This document shows, piece after piece, positions 31,951 to 41,880 of a stretch of DNA of 64,000 nt; position 1 is the first letter of the stretch; the number at the start of each line of letters is the position of its first letter. Both the position numbers and the translations under genes were made by a program. The notes beneath the pieces are model-generated. The model did not search any database, had not been told where the DNA came from, and saw only the letters and a program-made list of their open reading frames with translations. This DNA is from Candidatus Micrarchaeia archaeon (lineage in GTDB: Archaea; Micrarchaeota; Micrarchaeia; Micrarchaeales; Micrarchaeaceae), in contig JBMFSA010000002.1 in the NCBI GenBank assembly GCA_049967795.1, forward strand, positions 7,783-71,782, read 5' to 3'.

Positions 31951-32424
31951 ATGGAGATTGATCTAAGCAATACTAATAATATTAAAAAAATTATTGAAGC
32001 TGCTCTATTTGTATCTGGAAAAGCATTAAGCTTGAATAATTTAGCTGATATTGTTGGTATTGCATCTATAGGGAGTTTAGAACAGATTATGAATGAACTT
32101 ATGGATGAATATAATAAACATGACAGCTCATTAATGATAGCTAAACTTGGCGATACTTATATTATGACGGTAAGAGAGGATTATTTAAAATTTGTTAGCA
32201 GCTTAGCGAGTGCTCCTGATATATCACGTGGAGCATTGAGGATATTGGCATATATTAGTAAAAATGAACCAATAATGCAAAATATAATTGTTAAATATTT
32301 TGGCTCATCTTCATATGAGTATATAAAAGAGCTATTGGAAAAAGATTTTATAAAAGCTACAAGAACTGGCAGAACTAAAAAATTAGAGACAACGCAGAAG
32401 TTTAAAGAATATTTTAATTTCTAG
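31951..32424 (+). CDS. scpB: Segregation and condensation protein B (ScpB)
   Basis: 157 aa. IIEAALFVSGKALSLNNLADIVG signature, tandem wHTH. Directly downstream of scpA. SD GTGAT. Confidence 0.8.
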   Translation: MEIDLSNTNNIKKIIEAALFVSGKALSLNNLADIVGIASIGSLEQIMNELMDEYNKHDSSLMIAKLGDTYIMTVREDYLKFVSSLASAPDISRGALRILAYISKNEPIMQNIIVKYFGSSSYEYIKELLEKDFIKATRTGRTKKLETTQKFKEYFNF

Positions 32425-32480
32425 ATTTTTAAATATAAAGAGGATTAAAAATAAAATAATTAAAAATAAGAATAATAGAA

Positions 32481-33053
32481 TTATCTATATGTTGGAGAAT
32501 CCTCTTCTATACCTTCTTTTTTATTCATATACCTAGCCGCAACAAATAAAAATGAAGATAATCTATTAATATATTTTAATATTATAGGATTCAATTTTTC
32601 TTTATTTTCTGCTGTTAGTGTTTTTGAAAAGCTTACAACATTTCTTTCAATCCTCCTTGTTACTGCTCTTGCATAATGGAGCCATGCAGCCGATTCCGCC
32701 CCTCCAGGTATAATGAACTTTTTGAGTTCAGGTATCTTTGCACTAATATCATCAATCTTATCTTCTAATTCCTTTAAGTCCTGTTCAGAAAGAGCTATTT
32801 TAGCTATTTTTTCACTATCTTGTTTTGAATTCTGCATAATAATTTCAGCACTTATATTAAATAATCTATTTTGTACTCCTTTAATAATAGTGACAATATA
32901 ATCATCATCAACATGCACTTGTACTAGCCCTAATAAACTATTAAGTTCATCTATATCTCCAATAACACTTAATACTTCTGCGTCCTTATCAATTTTAATA
33001 TTATTCGGAAGAAGAGTAGAGCCATTATCACCAGTTTTTGTATAATATTTCAT
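32481..33053 (-). CDS. PduO-type ATP:cob(I)alamin adenosyltransferase
   Basis: 190 aa. N-terminal YTKTGDNGSTLL motif and helical bundle (NRLSSFLFVAAR). Confidence 0.85.
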   Translation of the reverse strand: MKYYTKTGDNGSTLLPNNIKIDKDAEVLSVIGDIDELNSLLGLVQVHVDDDYIVTIIKGVQNRLFNISAEIIMQNSKQDSEKIAKIALSEQDLKELEDKIDDISAKIPELKKFIIPGGAESAAWLHYARAVTRRIERNVVSFSKTLTAENKEKLNPIILKYINRLSSFLFVAARYMNKKEGIEEDSPTYR

Positions 33054-33261
33054 CTAATCACACCAACTTATTTCAATACAATCCTAAAAATCTAAAAATA
33101 TATAAATCAAAATAACTTTAAAACCTTTCTTTATAATATTTTATAATATTATTTATTATCTATATTGCTATTATTACTATAAATTATAATAATAATTATA
33201 ATAATATAAAATAATTGTAAAAAATAAATAATTAATTAAAATTAATTATAAACTATTAAAA

Positions 33262-33333
33262 GGGCTCGTAGTCGAGTGGTAAGACGTCTCTTTCACAGAG
33301 AGAAGATCCGGAGTTCGATTCTCCGCGGGCCCA
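33262..33333 (+). tRNA. tRNA-Val(CAC)
   Basis: GGGCTCG-TA-GTCG-AGTGGTA-AGAC-G-TCTCT-TTCACAG-AGAGA-AGATC-CGGAG-TTCGATT-CTCCG-CGGGCCC-A. No intron and no encoded CCA. Confidence 0.9.
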
Positions 33334-33469
33334 ACTTTTATATTAATTTTTGTTAGTTGCTTTATAACAAAAGTTTTATAATAAAATAAATAATAAAATA
33401 AAAATAGAGAAATAAAAAAACTTTAAACAATAATATTTTTCAGCTTAATTTTATTCTGCCTTTTTAATA

Positions 33470-34411
33470 TTATCTTTCTAATTTTTTGTTTATTTTTGAA
33501 TTATTATCTAAATATTTGCTTTCTTTGACTGCAAGATAATAGGAAGGAATTGCAACTATAACAATAGAGATTATTACTAAAAAGAATCCTATATCAAGAA
33601 CATCAAGATTTGGTATATTTATAGGTGTTCTTATACCCCAATTTCCTATATCAGGGATCAGATATAATAAAAATCCTGATAAGATGAAAGCTAATCCAGC
33701 ATATGCAAGTATTCTTCCTGCGGTTTTACTGCTTATATATTCGATCTGCTTTTTTGTATACTTTCTCATGTGCATCCATTTGCTAATTAGATAGCCAAAA
33801 GATATCTGCATAATCATTGTTCCTATTCCAAACAATGCTCCTGGCAGCCATGCAATGTATGCATTAGGCATCTGCGGAACTATTGCTGTGTATAATATTA
33901 AAGCAAAAGCACCAAACCCAAATCCAGCTATGAATCCATGCAGTAATGTGAGTTTTAAAGGGACTTTTCTTGTATCTAATATAGGGTGTTCTTTAAACAT
34001 CTCATGCTCTTCAATATGCTCTTTTTCTGCATTCCCCTTTTTATTTATTAATTTATGGAAAGCATCATTAAGCCAATGCGATAATCTATGGAAGTGTATG
34101 TAGAAATGCTTTTTTAAAATATAGAATCCAGATATACTCATTACTATTCCGACAAGCACATATATGACGGCATTGATTGAGACACTTAGTAGAAAAGGAA
34201 GCAGTGCAAGATATGCAAGCTCTGCGAGCAATGCTCGTTGGATAGTGAAACCAACTGAAAAAAGTAGTCCAGCTTCTGCGCCTTTCTTTGCATTCGCTAC
34301 TCCTATAGCATAGCTAAATGTTATAGGCCAAGTGTGTTCATCTGGTGTTATTCCATGTATAAGCCCAAGCATTAGCGATAAAAGAAGAGGATAAATAATT
34401 TCCGCAATCAT
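33470..34411 (-). CDS. Membrane protein with a His-rich cytoplasmic loop (possible metal transporter)
   Basis: 313 aa, about 6-8 TM. LIHGITPDEHTW in TM1. Central loop HFHRLSHWLNDAFHK...EKEHIEEHEMFKEH. SD GTGA. Confidence 0.5.
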   Translation of the reverse strand: MIAEIIYPLLLSLMLGLIHGITPDEHTWPITFSYAIGVANAKKGAEAGLLFSVGFTIQRALLAELAYLALLPFLLSVSINAVIYVLVGIVMSISGFYILKKHFYIHFHRLSHWLNDAFHKLINKKGNAEKEHIEEHEMFKEHPILDTRKVPLKLTLLHGFIAGFGFGAFALILYTAIVPQMPNAYIAWLPGALFGIGTMIMQISFGYLISKWMHMRKYTKKQIEYISSKTAGRILAYAGLAFILSGFLLYLIPDIGNWGIRTPINIPNLDVLDIGFFLVIISIVIVAIPSYYLAVKESKYLDNNSKINKKLER

Positions 34412-34493
34412 TTTTTCACATTTTTTATATTAATATAATTTTCTATTATTGTGTTTTAATTTTTACTTATTTTTATTTAATCTTTATTTTGTT

Positions 34494-35645
34494 TTATTTG
34501 TTTGTTAGCAAATTTTTGAATAATTCACTATAGACATTGTTAATTCTTGAAATTTCAAACATCTTAAGATTTTCTTTATTGCTGATAAATACTGATGGAT
34601 TTTTACTTTTAAATATTTTTTTAAGTAATTCAACCATATTTTCTTCAAGTTCAACAATACACATATTTTTTACTTCATTAGGTATTGGTGTTTCAGAAGG
34701 TAATAAAACTGGAGTATTTAATGCAATACTTTCTATAGCCAATGCGCTTAAACCTTCTCTTTCTGAAGGTATATAAGTTAAATATGAAGAGGCTATTTCC
34801 TTATACAAGTCATTTATATTTTCATAAGGTTTTTTAACTTTTATTATTTTTTTTAAGTTTAACTCATTTATTAATTCATTTATATTATCTTCTTCAGGCC
34901 CTGTTCCAATCAATACTGCATTGAATTTTTCTTTATTATATTTTTTATGAAATGCATCAACTAAATATATAAATTTATCAAATCTTTTCTCTTTTATGAA
35001 TCTAGCAGCATATATAATTTTTTTATCTCTCTTGTTTATACTTTTCGATATATTATTCATCATTTTTATATCTATTATAGGTGAAAATACCTGTATCTTT
35101 TTAAAATCAACACCTTCATCAATTGCTTTTTGTGCTGTTATTGATGAATTTACAATATAAGCATCTGCCATTTTCAATGATATCTTCATATATTTATAAG
35201 AAATAGTTCCAAAAAATCTCCCTAAATATTCTATCCAATAATTTTTATCCCATACCTCTGCTACATCTAAAATTATTTTTGCTTTAGTTATTTTTGAATA
35301 AAATTTGATTATTGGTATATGTACTATTGGGAAAAAATTAACTATTAGAATGTCATATCTGTATTTGAAAATTTTAAATAAATTTAAGGCATATTTAATT
35401 GAATTTAATATTGATCGTCGTTGGTGTTTATAAAATTGATCATTATTAACATTCATTATTGTGTTGTAAGTTATATTATTATATTCAAATTTTTTTTGCA
35501 TTCCCGGCCATTGGCAACATACAAATTCGACTTTATAATTATTATTCTTGGCTAGCTCTTTAGCTACGAGCGCTTCAGTTTTTTCCAATCCTCCAACATG
35601 CCATGGAAAAACTGCATCAGATATAAAACCTATTTTCAAAGTCAT
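34494..35645 (-). CDS. Glycosyltransferase family 4 (GT-B fold)
   Basis: 383 aa. N-terminal GGLEK motif and C-terminal SEREGLSALAIESIALNTPVL (E-x7-E region). Confidence 0.8.
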   Translation of the reverse strand: MTLKIGFISDAVFPWHVGGLEKTEALVAKELAKNNNYKVEFVCCQWPGMQKKFEYNNITYNTIMNVNNDQFYKHQRRSILNSIKYALNLFKIFKYRYDILIVNFFPIVHIPIIKFYSKITKAKIILDVAEVWDKNYWIEYLGRFFGTISYKYMKISLKMADAYIVNSSITAQKAIDEGVDFKKIQVFSPIIDIKMMNNISKSINKRDKKIIYAARFIKEKRFDKFIYLVDAFHKKYNKEKFNAVLIGTGPEEDNINELINELNLKKIIKVKKPYENINDLYKEIASSYLTYIPSEREGLSALAIESIALNTPVLLPSETPIPNEVKNMCIVELEENMVELLKKIFKSKNPSVFISNKENLKMFEISRINNVYSELFKNLLTNK

Positions 35646-35901
35646 TATTTCACTCTTAACGCTAAAATATTATAATTTAATTTATTAATTTTATAATTTA
35701 AAATCTTTCTTTATTAATTCTTTTAAATTTAATAATTAATTTTAATATTACTACTATTATTTATTAAATTTATATTATATATTATTATAATAATGATATT
35801 TTAAATAAAATTTAAATAAAAATTAAAAAATATAAACATAATGTTATAATATTTTCTATTTAATTTATATTTAAAAATTTTAAAAATTTAAAGATGATGA
35901 T

Positions 35902-38475
35902 ATGAAGAATGAGCAGAAAGAAATGGTTGGAGAACTTAGTGAAAATGTTATTCCTTTAAATTATAATTTATCTTTTGATACAAATATTAAGACCTTTATT
36001 TTTAATTGTGATGAAACAATACAAATAGAAATTAAGGAACTGACAGACACTATTATTCTTAATGCGAAGGAGCTAAATATAAAAAAATTAGAAGTAAAAC
36101 AAAATTCCAACATCATAAAATCTAATTTTAAAATTAATGATGAAAAAGAAATAATTACTATAAAACTTGCAGAGAGAATAAAAGGTGGTGCTGAATTATA
36201 TTTCAATTTTGATGGAAAAAATACAGATAGTTTATATGGATTTTATAGAAGTAAATATAAATATAATAATAAAACAGAATATTTATTAAGCACACAATTT
36301 GAATCATCTGCAGCAAGAATGGCGTTTGTATCTTTTGATGAACCTAAATTTAAAACAACATTTAACTTGACTGTTATATCAGATCCCGATTTTGAAGCAA
36401 TATCAAATACACCTGTAAAAGAAGTTAAACTTGAAAATATTAATTATAATGGCAAAAAGAAAAGAAGGAAAGTAACAACATTTTATCAAACACCAAAAAT
36501 GTCAAGTTATTTACTTTACTTTAACGTTGGAAAATTTGATAGAATATCAACTATGGTTGGAAATATTAAATTAAGTGTAATTACTCCGAGAGGTCAAATA
36601 AAATATGCAGATTTGGCTTTGAATTATGGTAGTAAATTTTTAAAGGCTTTAGAAGATTATTTTGGTATAGATTTTCCATTGCCCAAACTCGATCTTATAA
36701 GTATTCCTGATTTTGCTGTAGGTGCTATGGAAAACTGGGGTGCAATTACTTTTAGAGAAACTGCATTGCTAATTGATAGTAAAAATATGAGCGAAAGTGG
36801 AAAGCGAAGAATTGCAGATGTTATATGCCATGAAATGGTCCATCAATGGTTTGGTGATTTGGTTACAATGAAATGGTGGGATGATTTATGGCTTAATGAA
36901 AGTTTTGCAACTTTTATGTCATATAAAATAGTTAACAAAGTATTTCCAGAGATGAAAATGGATATCAATTATTATTTAGATGAAGTTGTAGAAGCTTTTT
37001 CTGCAGATTCATTAAAATACACCCATCCAATAAATGCACATGTTAGAACTGTCGGTGAGATTGCTAGCATGTTTGATTCAATTAGTTATAGTAAAGGAGG
37101 TAGTATACTATTAATGATTGAAGACTATATGGGTGAAGAGGCATTTAGAAAAGGATTGCACAATTATTTAAAAGCACATGAATATGGTAATGCAACTAGA
37201 TTTGATTTATGGGGCGCACTCAGCGATGTGTACAGTACAGACCAAAAGAAGAAAAAAGAATTTGTTGATTTTATTAAAAGTTGGATAGATCAACCAGGAT
37301 ATCCTATAATTAATGTCTTAGAAAATAAAAAAGGATTTATATTGAAACAGAAACGATTTACATTGCTTAATGAGAAGACAAATGAAAAATGGCTAATTCC
37401 TATACATTATTTTGATGGAAAGAAGGATTATAGAATTATGATGAAAAATAATGTAATGGTACTACCTAAAAGTAATTTTATTAAATTAAATTATGGTCAA
37501 AAGGGATTTTACCAAGTTGCTTATCCAGAGAAATTACTTAACAATATTGCTGCTTATATAAATTCAAAATATTTTTCTGAATTGGATATTTATGGTTTGG
37601 AAAATGATTTGTTTATGAGGTCACGTGCAAGTTTATATCCTATAAAAAATTATTTGAATTTTGTTAAAAATTATTTGTTTGATGTTGGTTATCCAACAAA
37701 TCTATCTATTATATCACATCTTAATTGGATTAAAAATATAACGGAGGGTACTGACACTGACATCTCTGAATTTGCAAAGAATTTAAATATTGAATTTTGT
37801 AAATCTATAATTAATAAAATAGGTTTTGAAGCAAGAAAAAATGAAAAAGAGGAGAATAAATTAGTAAGAAGCAGTGCATTGTTTGTTCTAGGAATCAACA
37901 ATGACCAAAAAGTTATTGAATTTTCAAAAAAATTATTTTATAATTTTGTAAACAACAACATAATTATAGATCAGAATCTCATAAATGTAGTATATTCTGT
38001 GACTGCACATTCATCAAATAACAAAAAAATTTTAAATACTCTATTAAATATGTATAATAACTTAAAGACACCTCAAGAAAAGGCATATGCTGTAAATGCG
38101 TTAGGTTGGTTTTCTGATCAGTCACTTATAAATGAAGTATTAAACATTAGTATATCTAATAAAATAAGAATCCAAGATTTTAGAATATTATTTAATGCAC
38201 TTGTTTCAAATCCATCTGCTAAACCATTTATTATGGATTGGTTATTCAAAAATTGGAAAACACTAAAGAAAATGTTCTTACCAACAGATTTGGCGCTTGC
38301 ATCAATTGTAAAATCATTAGGTATATATAATAATGAAAATGAACTTGAGAAATTTAATAACTTCTTCAGCAAATCTGAAAATTTAAGGGACGATATAAAA
38401 TTAAGTTTGCTACAGGTTAAAGAAAGAATTAGAGCCAATATCAAATTTTTAGAATATAATAAAATTAAAGCCTAA
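35902..38475 (+). CDS. M1 family zinc aminopeptidase (tricorn-interacting factor F2/F3-like)
   Basis: 857 aa. GAMENWG exopeptidase motif and HEMVHQWFGD-x18-E zinc site; ERAP1-like C-terminal domain. Confidence 0.9.
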   Translation: MKNEQKEMVGELSENVIPLNYNLSFDTNIKTFIFNCDETIQIEIKELTDTIILNAKELNIKKLEVKQNSNIIKSNFKINDEKEIITIKLAERIKGGAELYFNFDGKNTDSLYGFYRSKYKYNNKTEYLLSTQFESSAARMAFVSFDEPKFKTTFNLTVISDPDFEAISNTPVKEVKLENINYNGKKKRRKVTTFYQTPKMSSYLLYFNVGKFDRISTMVGNIKLSVITPRGQIKYADLALNYGSKFLKALEDYFGIDFPLPKLDLISIPDFAVGAMENWGAITFRETALLIDSKNMSESGKRRIADVICHEMVHQWFGDLVTMKWWDDLWLNESFATFMSYKIVNKVFPEMKMDINYYLDEVVEAFSADSLKYTHPINAHVRTVGEIASMFDSISYSKGGSILLMIEDYMGEEAFRKGLHNYLKAHEYGNATRFDLWGALSDVYSTDQKKKKEFVDFIKSWIDQPGYPIINVLENKKGFILKQKRFTLLNEKTNEKWLIPIHYFDGKKDYRIMMKNNVMVLPKSNFIKLNYGQKGFYQVAYPEKLLNNIAAYINSKYFSELDIYGLENDLFMRSRASLYPIKNYLNFVKNYLFDVGYPTNLSIISHLNWIKNITEGTDTDISEFAKNLNIEFCKSIINKIGFEARKNEKEENKLVRSSALFVLGINNDQKVIEFSKKLFYNFVNNNIIIDQNLINVVYSVTAHSSNNKKILNTLLNMYNNLKTPQEKAYAVNALGWFSDQSLINEVLNISISNKIRIQDFRILFNALVSNPSAKPFIMDWLFKNWKTLKKMFLPTDLALASIVKSLGIYNNENELEKFNNFFSKSENLRDDIKLSLLQVKERIRANIKFLEYNKIKA

Positions 38476-38533
38476 TTACTTCTTTAAATTTTTTAAATTT
38501 AAATTGTTGGAGTAAAAAAAATAAAAGTATATA

Positions 38534-38635
38534 TGCCGCAAGCAGGATTTGAACCTGCGACCTTCCGGTTTCAAATAAATTATACTGTAATAAATTTAAC
38601 TTCAGCCGGACGCTCTCCCACTGAGCTATTGCGGC
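38534..38635 (-). tRNA. tRNA-Phe(GAA) with a 30-nt intron at position 37/38
   Basis: Reverse complement folds as GCCGCAA-TA-GCTC-AGTGGGA-GAGC-G-TCCGG-CTGAAG[30-nt AT-rich intron]A-CCGGA-AGGTC-GCAGG-TTCAAAT-CCTGC-TTGCGGC-A. Confidence 0.85.
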
Positions 38636-39097
38636 GCATTCTGATTCAAGTAATTAAAGATTATATTAATTAATATTTGTTTATACTTATAATTATATTA
38701 AATAATTAAATATTTTACTTATTTTAATGTTAATTTATTTGCAACAATAATTATTAAAATGTTAACTTTTGGATAATGTAGCACTTATTCCAAATTTTTT
38801 TAATATAATCTAACATTTTCACTGTTCATATAAATATATAGAACACTAATGATAAACAACAATTAATTAATTCATTAATTAAAATAATAGTGTATTTAAT
38901 ATTAAACGTATCAATTAATTATATTATTAATAATAAAATATATTATACAAATATTATACCTTTTATTTTTACTTTTATTATGATTTTTTATTTCGTTAAT
39001 TATTTTTATTAATTTTTTAATATTACAAAAATTTATAATTTATAATTGATTAAATATATAGATAAGTAAAAAAATATAAATATAAATTTGTGATAAA

Positions 39098-40729
39098 TTG
39101 GATGATGAAATTAATATAAATGAACTAAATAAATCAAATAATCTAAATGCTTCTAATATTAATATTAATAATGCGAATTATGATTATTTAGTACATTCAC
39201 TTGGGGAATTTATAAGATTAATTGATACTTCTAATATAGAGCCTAGAGAATATCAAATTAATATTACAAAAAGTATTTTGAATGGTAAAAATACACTTGT
39301 TATACTTCCAACAGGATTAGGAAAAACATTAATAGCAATATTTACTATAGCAAATTCTCTTTATCAAGGAAAGAAAGCAATAATTCTTGCACCTACAAAA
39401 CCACTTAGCGAACAGCACTATAAAACATTACAAAACATTCTTCTCATCAATAAAGAAAAAATACTACTTTTAACTGGTATGCTAAATTCAACAAAGCGAG
39501 AAATATTAGAAAAAGAAGCAAAAGTTATAGCAGCAACACCTCAAACTATAGCAAATGATTTAAAAAAAGGCAGACTGAATATTGATGATGTTGGTGTTGT
39601 CATATTTGATGAATGCCATAAGGCAGTTGGAAAGTATGCTTATACTTATATTGCAAATGAGTGCAAAGATCATGGCATACAGATCATTGGGCTTACAGCA
39701 TCTCCAGGAAGCAAGGAAGACAAAATAAAAGATCTAATTAGTGCATTAAATATACAGAATATAGAGATACGAGTTTTAAGTGATGTTGATGTTGAGAAAT
39801 ATGTTATGAGAAAAGATATTACAAATATATATATTGAAAAAACAAGGGAGATTAATGAAATATTATCATTGCTTAAACCTTTGATCGATACTCATCTTGA
39901 AGCTCTTTATAAGTTAGGGTTGAGTCCATACAAATATTTTGAAAGGATGCCAAAAGGAAGATTACTTCAAATTGGAGATGAAATAAAAAAAATAAGTGCA
40001 AGAAATTATAGGTTTATGGCTTTCTTTAATTACATCTATGTTTTAAATATGATTCATGCATATGATCTGGTTGCTACTGAAGGATTCTACCCTTTTTTAA
40101 ATTATTTGAACAACCTAAAAATGCGTGAGAAAAAAAGCAGAGCTATCAAAAATATACTAGCAAATAAAAGTGTAGTGGCTGCCGAATGGCTGGCAAGGGA
40201 AGCAATAGAAAAAGGAAAAGAGCATCCAAAAATGTTTAAGGTCATCGAACTTCTAACAACTGTGCATAAAAATAAGAAGGTTATAATATTTGCACAATAC
40301 CGCTCTACAATACAGAAGCTTGTTGAAATGCTGAATAAAAATAATATTAATGCAAAAGGATTTATGGGTAAAAAAGAAGGCGTAACAAATATTCAGCAGC
40401 AACAAATAATTGATGATTTTAGAAAGAATTTGTTTAATGTACTTGTTGCTACTTCTATAGGAGAGGAAGGGCTTGATATCCCTAGTGTGGATGTTGTAAT
40501 ATTTTACGAACCCGTGCCTAGTGAAATTAGAAATATACAAAGAAAAGGAAGAACTGGTAGAATAAAATTTGGCGAAGTTGTTATTTTAATTACTAAAGAT
40601 ACAAAAGATGAAACATATAGTATGATTGCTAGAATTAAAGAGAAAAGGATGCGAGATATAGTATTAAAACTTCAGCATAAATTGTTATCTGATTCATATT
40701 ACAATGAAGGACTCCAAAAAAAGCTCTAA
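39098..40729 (+). CDS. hef: Hef/FANCM-family helicase, helicase domains only (no XPF-type nuclease domain)
   Basis: 543 aa. PREYQ, LPTGLGKT, DECH, SASPG and QRKGRTGR motifs with an inserted helical domain, as in the Hef helicase half. TTG start with SD GTGAT. Confidence 0.8.
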   Translation: MDDEININELNKSNNLNASNININNANYDYLVHSLGEFIRLIDTSNIEPREYQINITKSILNGKNTLVILPTGLGKTLIAIFTIANSLYQGKKAIILAPTKPLSEQHYKTLQNILLINKEKILLLTGMLNSTKREILEKEAKVIAATPQTIANDLKKGRLNIDDVGVVIFDECHKAVGKYAYTYIANECKDHGIQIIGLTASPGSKEDKIKDLISALNIQNIEIRVLSDVDVEKYVMRKDITNIYIEKTREINEILSLLKPLIDTHLEALYKLGLSPYKYFERMPKGRLLQIGDEIKKISARNYRFMAFFNYIYVLNMIHAYDLVATEGFYPFLNYLNNLKMREKKSRAIKNILANKSVVAAEWLAREAIEKGKEHPKMFKVIELLTTVHKNKKVIIFAQYRSTIQKLVEMLNKNNINAKGFMGKKEGVTNIQQQQIIDDFRKNLFNVLVATSIGEEGLDIPSVDVVIFYEPVPSEIRNIQRKGRTGRIKFGEVVILITKDTKDETYSMIARIKEKRMRDIVLKLQHKLLSDSYYNEGLQKKL

Positions 40730-40897
40730 TCGTCATTATAATTTAAATTTATAAAAGGTTGCTGATAAAAACAAAAAATAAAAAAATTTAATAAATCTTA
40801 TTACATAATATATAATATATAATTAATAATCATTAATTTTAATTTATTATTTTATTTTTAATTATTTTAATTATTTATAGTTTGGTTGTGTGATTAA

Positions 40898-41284
40898 GTG
40901 AAAAGATATTCAAAAGGCGCTAGGGCAGAGAGAGAACTTCTAAATTATTTTGCAAGTATTGGCTATTCTGTTATGAGAAGTGCAGGTAGTGGTGTAAACT
41001 CTATAAGTCCGGATATATTAGTAATTAAAAATGGCCATGGAATATTATTTGAATCAAAGGCGTGGGATAGCACAAGCATATCTATAGATCATGAGAAATT
41101 TAATACATTGAAAACGTGGAGTGAGAATACAAAAATGGATGTTTTTATGGCATGGCGCATGAATGGTCAAGGATGGTTTTTTATAAAATTAGATGAGATG
41201 ACAAAAACAGAGAAAAATTATACTGTTACAAAGGCAACAACTTTAAAAATAAATAGAAGATTGGAAAATATTATAATTCCTTAA
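40898..41284 (+). CDS. hjc: Holliday junction resolvase Hjc
   Basis: 128 aa. KGARAERELLNYF...GYSVMRSAGSG...PDILV...ILFESKAW is the Hjc catalytic pattern (E...D...E.K). GTG start. Confidence 0.85.
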   Translation: MKRYSKGARAERELLNYFASIGYSVMRSAGSGVNSISPDILVIKNGHGILFESKAWDSTSISIDHEKFNTLKTWSENTKMDVFMAWRMNGQGWFFIKLDEMTKTEKNYTVTKATTLKINRRLENIIIP

Positions 41285-41455
41285 ATTTTTATCTCTTATA
41301 TAAATTTTTAAATTTATACAATTTTCTTAGTTATAGTAATTAAATTCTTTTTAAATTATTTGTAATCTATAATAAATCTATTTTTTTCAAAAAGTCAACA
41401 CATAAATAAATTTAAATATGCTACTTTTTATATTATAATAGAAAAGGGTGAAAAT

Positions 41456-41734
41456 ATGGAAAAAATAGAAAAAGATAAAGTTACAATAATAGATCCCTCT
41501 TTATTTTATGAGAGGCGTTTAAAGTATGAAGAAAAGCATAGCGCTTGGGAAGGATTTAAATCAATTTATTGGAGCATATACATACTATCTTTAGGTTCAT
41601 ACCTGCTTTATTCAAACACTCCAATAACTGCAACATCCTTCTTTGGGGTTGCATTGGTTCTGTTTGCATTCTTCTATATAGTATTTGGTCTAACAAAAGT
41701 GTTACATCTAAAATTGATGAAAAGGTTCGCATAA
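41456..41734 (+). CDS. Small two-TM membrane protein, hypothetical
   Basis: 92 aa, two hydrophobic helices. SD GGGTGA. Same orientation as secF-secD downstream. Confidence 0.45.
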   Translation: MEKIEKDKVTIIDPSLFYERRLKYEEKHSAWEGFKSIYWSIYILSLGSYLLYSNTPITATSFFGVALVLFAFFYIVFGLTKVLHLKLMKRFA

Positions 41735-41880
41735 TATTATAAAGAATTTTTAAATATTTTTATTTTATTTTATTTTTGTTTTTAATAAAATAATATATAG
41801 TTTTAAATAGATTTCTATAATAAATATAACAATATCTACATCTAAAATAACAAAAATAATTAATAACAAACTTGATTGCA

